Shown in pieces: positions 6,886 to 10,236 of a stretch of DNA of 10,236 nt. Every line of letters begins with the position of its first letter. Within the stretch, counting starts at the first letter, position 1. A program made the position numbers and the translations under genes. The notes beneath the pieces were generated by a model. The model searched no databases and was not told the DNA's origin. It was given only the letters and a program-made list of their open reading frames with translations. Source of the stretch: Escherichia coli (GTDB taxonomy: Bacteria > Pseudomonadota > Gammaproteobacteria > Enterobacterales > Enterobacteriaceae); assembly GCF_003334355.1 (NCBI RefSeq), contig NZ_QOWP01000056.1, one strand, 5' to 3'.

Positions 6886-7719
6886 ATGAACATCGAAAAA
6901 AGCAGATTAATTTCTGAGGCCGCCCCTCATCTGAACGCCTCTCTGGGCACAATTAACGGTAATGAATTTGCCGCAATTGTCCCGGTTATTCCTGGTCATA
7001 TCGGTGGGCGTGAAACCAATATTGTTAGCGCAAAAGCGTTACACAAAGCGTTGGGCGTGGGAAAAGACTTCTCTACATGGATCACTGATCGCATCTCTGA
7101 ATATGACTTCACCATTGGGCACGATTACTCAGTCCATAAAACAATTTCCCCAAATTTGGGGAAAAGCCCGAATGGCGCGGCTTACAGCAAGATTAAGCAG
7201 TCTGGCAGACCCGGCAAAGACTATCTGTTAAGTGTCGGAATGGCGAAAGAACTGGCAATGATCGAACGCAATGATCAGGGTCGCGCTATCCGCCGTTATT
7301 TCATCCAGTGCGAGGAAGAATTACAGCGTAGCGTGCCTGAAATCGCCGCCCGCTATCGTCGCCAGCTAAAAGCCCGTATCAGTGCCGCAAACAACTTTAA
7401 GCCAATGTGCGATGCGCTGAATATGGCCCGTGCCGAGATGGGTAAAACGACGCAGCAACACCACTACACAAACGAGAGCAATATGATTTCTCGTATCGTT
7501 CTTGGTGGGCTAACTGCTAAGCAGTGGGCGCGGATAAATGGCTATTCTGGCGAACCTCGCGACCATATGAACGCAGAACAGCTTGAGCACCTCTCATATC
7601 TCGAAAGCACCAATATCACGTTAATTGATATGGGCATGGAATATGAGCAGCGCAAAGGAGAACTCACCCGCCTGTCGCAACGCTGGCTCGCCAAGCGTCT
7701 GGAGGTGGTCAATGTCTAA
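6886..7719 (+). CDS. Phage antirepressor-like protein (AntA/AntB-type N-terminal domain)
   Basis: 277 aa. SAKALHKALGVGKDFSTWITDRISEYDF...GRPGKDYLLSVGMAKELAMIERNDQGRAIRRYFIQCEEE matches the AntA-domain pattern. GGAG lies upstream. Confidence 0.85.
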   Translation: MNIEKSRLISEAAPHLNASLGTINGNEFAAIVPVIPGHIGGRETNIVSAKALHKALGVGKDFSTWITDRISEYDFTIGHDYSVHKTISPNLGKSPNGAAYSKIKQSGRPGKDYLLSVGMAKELAMIERNDQGRAIRRYFIQCEEELQRSVPEIAARYRRQLKARISAANNFKPMCDALNMARAEMGKTTQQHHYTNESNMISRIVLGGLTAKQWARINGYSGEPRDHMNAEQLEHLSYLESTNITLIDMGMEYEQRKGELTRLSQRWLAKRLEVVNV

Positions 7720-7894
7720 GCCAACAGGAACACCACAACCACAAAAACGCTACAAAGATGCCCACGGAGCACTCGTTACTGTCGAAAGCGTGTCTCACAA
7801 CCGAGTGACGTTTTATCGCGACGGGTATCAATCGCCATGCGTACAACCGCTGGCGCGTTTCATGAAGGAGTTCGCGGAGGTTAACAAATGCTAA
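7712..7894 (+). CDS. Small DUF4222-like protein (60 aa)
   Basis: Internal ATG at 7712 of track ORF 7625..7894, preceded by GGAGGTGG (7701-7708) and overlapping the upstream stop (ATGTCTAA). YKDAHGALVTVESVSHNRVTFYRDGYQSPC resembles DUF4222 proteins (recalled). Confidence 0.7.
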   Translation: MSKPTGTPQPQKRYKDAHGALVTVESVSHNRVTFYRDGYQSPCVQPLARFMKEFAEVNKC

Positions 7895-8955
7895 CCGTCC
7901 AGAAGAAGACATTTTCACTGGCTGGTATGTCGCCAAAATCCAGCAATATGACGGCAAAGTCAGGCATTAATACAGCAGATACAAGCAAAGTTTATCATTT
8001 GCTGGTGGTCGGAACGGATGCCTTAACCATATCAGAAATCTCGGGCGATGATATTAGCATTGAGAAGGTCAGCGGCTGCGCCAGAAAATTTCTGGTCGTA
8101 GATGATGTCTTCCGCTCGTGTAGTGACTCCACAAAAACATTCGTCCACGCGCGTGACGTTAACGAAATGAGCGCGATGTACTGTGCATCTGGTGCTTCCA
8201 ATAGCGAGTTTTCGGAGTCCATAAAAAAGAGCTTGCCGTTATGCGGCAACACGGTTTATGGTTATAAGGCACCTCATAAAACGGGTGCCGGGATTGGCGT
8301 CCTGGTAAATCGAATGGCGACATATGACGCGCCGAGCGTCTTTTTTTATGTCGTAGGTCTGACTCACCCATTTTTTGGGCGTTGGTGTATAATCCAGCGC
8401 CTTTGTCAATCAATGGTGGCTCAGGCAGGGGCTTCTTCGGAAGCGCCGGTATCCATTCGAGCCGGTTACGCCAACCCTGTCTGGGCTACCACCAGCGAAA
8501 TTGGCGTTTCCGGTGGTAGCGTTACATGCTATCGAATGGAGGCTGCCACATGCTGGCTACTACCCCTACCCAAAAACCGCAATTTATCTGGATTATCGCC
8601 GCAGTTCGCCGCGATTGCCCGACAATTACCGCCAAAATTCATCATATTGCTGCCGAGTCTGAACGCGATGCTCGCCGTTCTCTGGTGCGCGATCACGTCT
8701 GCTTTTTTGCTGGTCGTATCCGCATGGAGGTGGCACATGATTAAAACCTACGATGTGCATATGGATCCCCTCGAACGCACAAGCCAGATCATCACACTGA
8801 CAGAAGTGATTAACGACATTCTGGTGAGCAACTCTCCCTCACGAGACGAAAGACTGAAGGCGTTACTCGCGATATTGGATCTCGCCGTTCGTGACGTTCA
8901 TTTCCTGCTGGAAGGTGGCGAAATGCCAGGAAAAACGGGGGCAACCAATGAATAA
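7888..8955 (+). CDS. Long open frame (355 codons). The 5' start is well supported, but the frame is probably a composite rather than one protein.
   Basis: The ATG at 7888 has GGAGG (7876-7880) at 7-nt spacing and overlaps the DUF4222 stop (ATGCTAA). The N-terminal ~120 aa look protein-like ([36 protein letters not shown], wHTH-like). The frame then crosses a terminator, a TATAAT box, a structured RNA region and the icd-like gene without meeting a stop. The true 3' end is undetermined. Confidence 0.3.
   Translation: MLTVQKKTFSLAGMSPKSSNMTAKSGINTADTSKVYHLLVVGTDALTISEISGDDISIEKVSGCARKFLVVDDVFRSCSDSTKTFVHARDVNEMSAMYCASGASNSEFSESIKKSLPLCGNTVYGYKAPHKTGAGIGVLVNRMATYDAPSVFFYVVGLTHPFFGRWCIIQRLCQSMVAQAGASSEAPVSIRAGYANPVWATTSEIGVSGGSVTCYRMEAATCWLLPLPKNRNLSGLSPQFAAIARQLPPKFIILLPSLNAMLAVLWCAITSAFLLVVSAWRWHMIKTYDVHMDPLERTSQIITLTEVINDILVSNSPSRDERLKALLAILDLAVRDVHFLLEGGEMPGKTGATNE
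8326..8347 (+). terminator. Intrinsic-terminator-like hairpin with a T7 run
   Basis: GACGC (8326-8330), GCCGA loop, GCGTC (8336-8340), then TTTTTTT (8341-8347). Confidence 0.5.
8388..8393 (+). promoter_or_regulatory. Perfect -10 hexamer TATAAT upstream of the structured RNA region
   Basis: TATAAT at 8388-8393 with TG just upstream. I found no good -35, so the promoter call is weak. Confidence 0.3.
8400..8525 (+). ncRNA. Candidate c4 (P1/P7) / CI (P4)-like antisense immunity RNA; boundaries approximate
   Basis: Three hairpins. The first is GCTTC-TTCG-GAAGC (8431-8444, UUCG tetraloop). The second has a CCGG stem (8446-8449 / 8462-8465) presenting the loop ATCCATTCGA (8451-8460). The third is GCTACCACC (8485-8493) / GGTGGTAGC (8512-8520). 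The second loop is complementary to sites at 8309-8317 and 8531-8540. An icd-like gene follows, as in P1 immI. Confidence 0.55.
8550..8744 (+). CDS. Icd-like protein (host cell division inhibitor family of P1/P4-like elements)
   Basis: Internal ATG at 8550 of track ORF 8526..8744, with GGAGG (8538-8542) 7 nt upstream. [21 protein letters not shown]...[23 protein letters not shown] matches my recollection of Icd-like proteins. Confidence 0.8.
   Translation: MLATTPTQKPQFIWIIAAVRRDCPTITAKIHHIAAESERDARRSLVRDHVCFFAGRIRMEVAHD
8737..8955 (+). CDS. Small hypothetical protein (72 aa), probably an independent start within the long open frame
   Basis: The ATG at 8737 has GGAGG (8726-8730) 6 nt upstream and overlaps the icd-like 3' end by 8 nt. 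The sequence is helical. Confidence 0.55.
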   Translation: MIKTYDVHMDPLERTSQIITLTEVINDILVSNSPSRDERLKALLAILDLAVRDVHFLLEGGEMPGKTGATNE

Positions 8956-9142
8956 CTCAATTAATACCCCTCGCCTTACGTCCGCACTTCAATTAATCGA
9001 GCAAGCAGCGGCTGTCCTGGTTGCTGTCAGTCTTTCGGCTGAAGAAATGGACGCTGCTGATGTCGTGGATGCGATTAAAGCGTGCTCATCTTTGGTTAAC
9101 GATGCCCGTGCCGAGCTGGTAATTCTTGGGGGTGAAAAATGA
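8948..9142 (+). CDS. Small hypothetical protein (64 aa)
   Basis: Internal ATG at 8948 of track ORF 8891..9142, overlapping the upstream stop (ATGAATAA). Alanine-rich and helical. Confidence 0.65.
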   Translation: MNNSINTPRLTSALQLIEQAAAVLVAVSLSAEEMDAADVVDAIKACSSLVNDARAELVILGGEK

Positions 9143-9402
9143 ATATCAACTTAATTTATCGTCATCCGTGTGAGCTGGAAATTGAATCATTGCTGGGGCG
9201 TGAAGAGCCATATCCAGACACATTCACTCCCGCAGATTGCGCGACTGAACGGCTTACCAGAGCGCGCACAGGTCTGGTTCATGTGATGAATGAGATTGTT
9301 CCCTCGGTGGGAGGGGAACAGGCGACAGTAATCAATAGCTGGCTACAAAAAGTTACCTCCCTGATAGATATCGGTTTAATCGATGTGGAGAGTGCGAAAT
9401 GA
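9139..9402 (+). CDS. Small hypothetical protein (87 aa)
   Basis: ATGA start/stop overlap with the upstream gene. Same operon. Confidence 0.7.
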   Translation: MNINLIYRHPCELEIESLLGREEPYPDTFTPADCATERLTRARTGLVHVMNEIVPSVGGEQATVINSWLQKVTSLIDIGLIDVESAK

Positions 9403-9620
9403 CCAACATCCAGCTCATTGAAGCGCAATGTCGCATCGAACAGGTTCAGACTGTTTTAGGGTTCTGGCTTGAAGGGGCCAGCCCCAGCAACAGAGACAAG
9501 TTAATGATTGGCGCGGTTATGTCACTGCTCAATGGCGTACCAGAAGCTATTCAGGAAGCGGACGAATTGTTGGGCAAATATGAGTTACAGAATCATTCAG
9601 GCGAGGCGAAACATGAATAA
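9399..9620 (+). CDS. Small hypothetical protein (73 aa)
   Basis: ATGA start/stop overlap with the upstream gene. Same operon. Confidence 0.7.
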   Translation: MTNIQLIEAQCRIEQVQTVLGFWLEGASPSNRDKLMIGAVMSLLNGVPEAIQEADELLGKYELQNHSGEAKHE

Positions 9621-10161
9621 TTTCTTAACCTTCCATGCAGAAGCAACGCCTGACGGCGTAAACATCATGCACCGCAGCAACGATGGCATGACAGAACGCG
9701 TTGAGACCGTCTCATATATTGATGCCGTAAATCGTCTGGATGCCGGGGATTATGACGATAAACCAGATGAAGGCATGTTTATACATCTCGCTATTGCCAG
9801 TGGCGGCAACCAGGGATATTTCGATTACACATCACAGCATCACGTGATTATGTGGCGCTGGCTGATAGCAACAGCATTCATCAATGAAATGAGAAAGGAA
9901 AACGGCACCGTCAGCATTATTGATGACAGTGGCAATCATTCCGTGGTTTCTGTTTATTCCAATGGCATCGTCGCCATGCCGCTGTATCCAGTAGCAGAGC
10001 GCCTCGCTATGGCAAACAACATTGAGGGCGCAATGATCGAGAAATATGGTGTTGATGTCGGAACAAAGAATGCCATCATTTTTTACAGCAACATGTTCGA
10101 TGTCGAACAGGGAACACTCACTTCGTTTGGGCGAGAAGTGCTTGCCGATCTTCACAACTGA
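9613..10161 (+). CDS. Hypothetical protein (182 aa) whose stop codon is supplied by the adjacent IS end
   Basis: Internal ATG at 9613 of track ORF 9508..10161, overlapping the upstream stop (ATGAATAA). The TGA at 10159-10161 is the first three bases of the IS terminal repeat. No family recognised. Confidence 0.7.
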   Translation: MNNFLTFHAEATPDGVNIMHRSNDGMTERVETVSYIDAVNRLDAGDYDDKPDEGMFIHLAIASGGNQGYFDYTSQHHVIMWRWLIATAFINEMRKENGTVSIIDDSGNHSVVSVYSNGIVAMPLYPVAERLAMANNIEGAMIEKYGVDVGTKNAIIFYSNMFDVEQGTLTSFGREVLADLHN

Positions 10162-10236
10162 ACCGCCCCGGAAATCCTGGAGACTAAACTCCCTGAGAAA
10201 GAGGTAAACAGGATGACTAAAAATACTCGTTTTTCC
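10159..10236 (+). mobile_element. IS3-family element of the IS629/IS1203 type, left end (continues past the window)
   Basis: TGAACCGCCCCGGAAATCCTGGAGACTAAACTCCCTGAGAAAGAGGTAAACAGGATGACTAAAAATACTCG closely matches my recollection of the IS629 left inverted repeat and orfA leader. Confidence 0.75.
10213..10236 (+). CDS. IS629-type transposase OrfA, first 8 codons (MTKNTRFS...)
   Basis: ATG at 10213 with GAGG upstream. The recalled IS629 OrfA begins MTKNTRFSPEVRQRAVRMV. Confidence 0.7.

Noticed and set aside
7995-8252. 85-aa minus-strand ORF antisense to the 7888 frame
   Set aside because: It has a GTG start with no SD. It lies opposite a + strand frame with a strong SD, translational coupling and more protein-like sequence. 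A divergent repressor gene here cannot be fully excluded.
8413-8560. Ash-family-like coding segment ([35 protein letters not shown]...)
   Set aside because: It coincides exactly with the densely paired hairpin region and has no stop of its own. I interpret its conservation as RNA-level (c4/CI-like) rather than protein-coding. This rests on recollection of the P4 ash/cI locus.

Overview
Escherichia/Shigella-type chromosome. From left to right: the end of an IS10 inserted in crl, then phoE (-), proB, proA and tRNA-Thr thrW. A thrW-integrated P4-/PICI-like satellite island starts right after the tRNA. It carries a P4-family integrase, alpA, a hypothetical gene, an AntA-type antirepressor, a DUF4222 gene, a c4/CI-like structured RNA followed by an icd-like gene, and a translationally coupled operon of small ORFs. 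An IS629-like IS3-family element cuts the island at 10159. The main finding is the roughly 650-nt untranslated int-alpA spacer (5.64-6.24 kb). It holds an array of lambdoid nut-site parts on the + strand. Three are near-perfect rrn-type boxA sequences. The hairpins include one identical to lambda nutR boxB, one a single base from lambda nutL boxB, and two copies of the P22 nutL boxB. A hexaloop hairpin may be phage-21-like. The array is followed by a G-free tract and a hairpin just upstream of alpA. I read this as a candidate sensor for helper-phage N antitermination, or alternatively an N/Nus decoy. The second finding is a P1 immI / P4 immunity-like antisense module. A hairpin loop (UCCAUUCGA) is complementary to two ATCGAATGG repeats, one of which overlaps the icd-like ribosome-binding site. 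All motif identities come from memory and visual inspection, with no database search.
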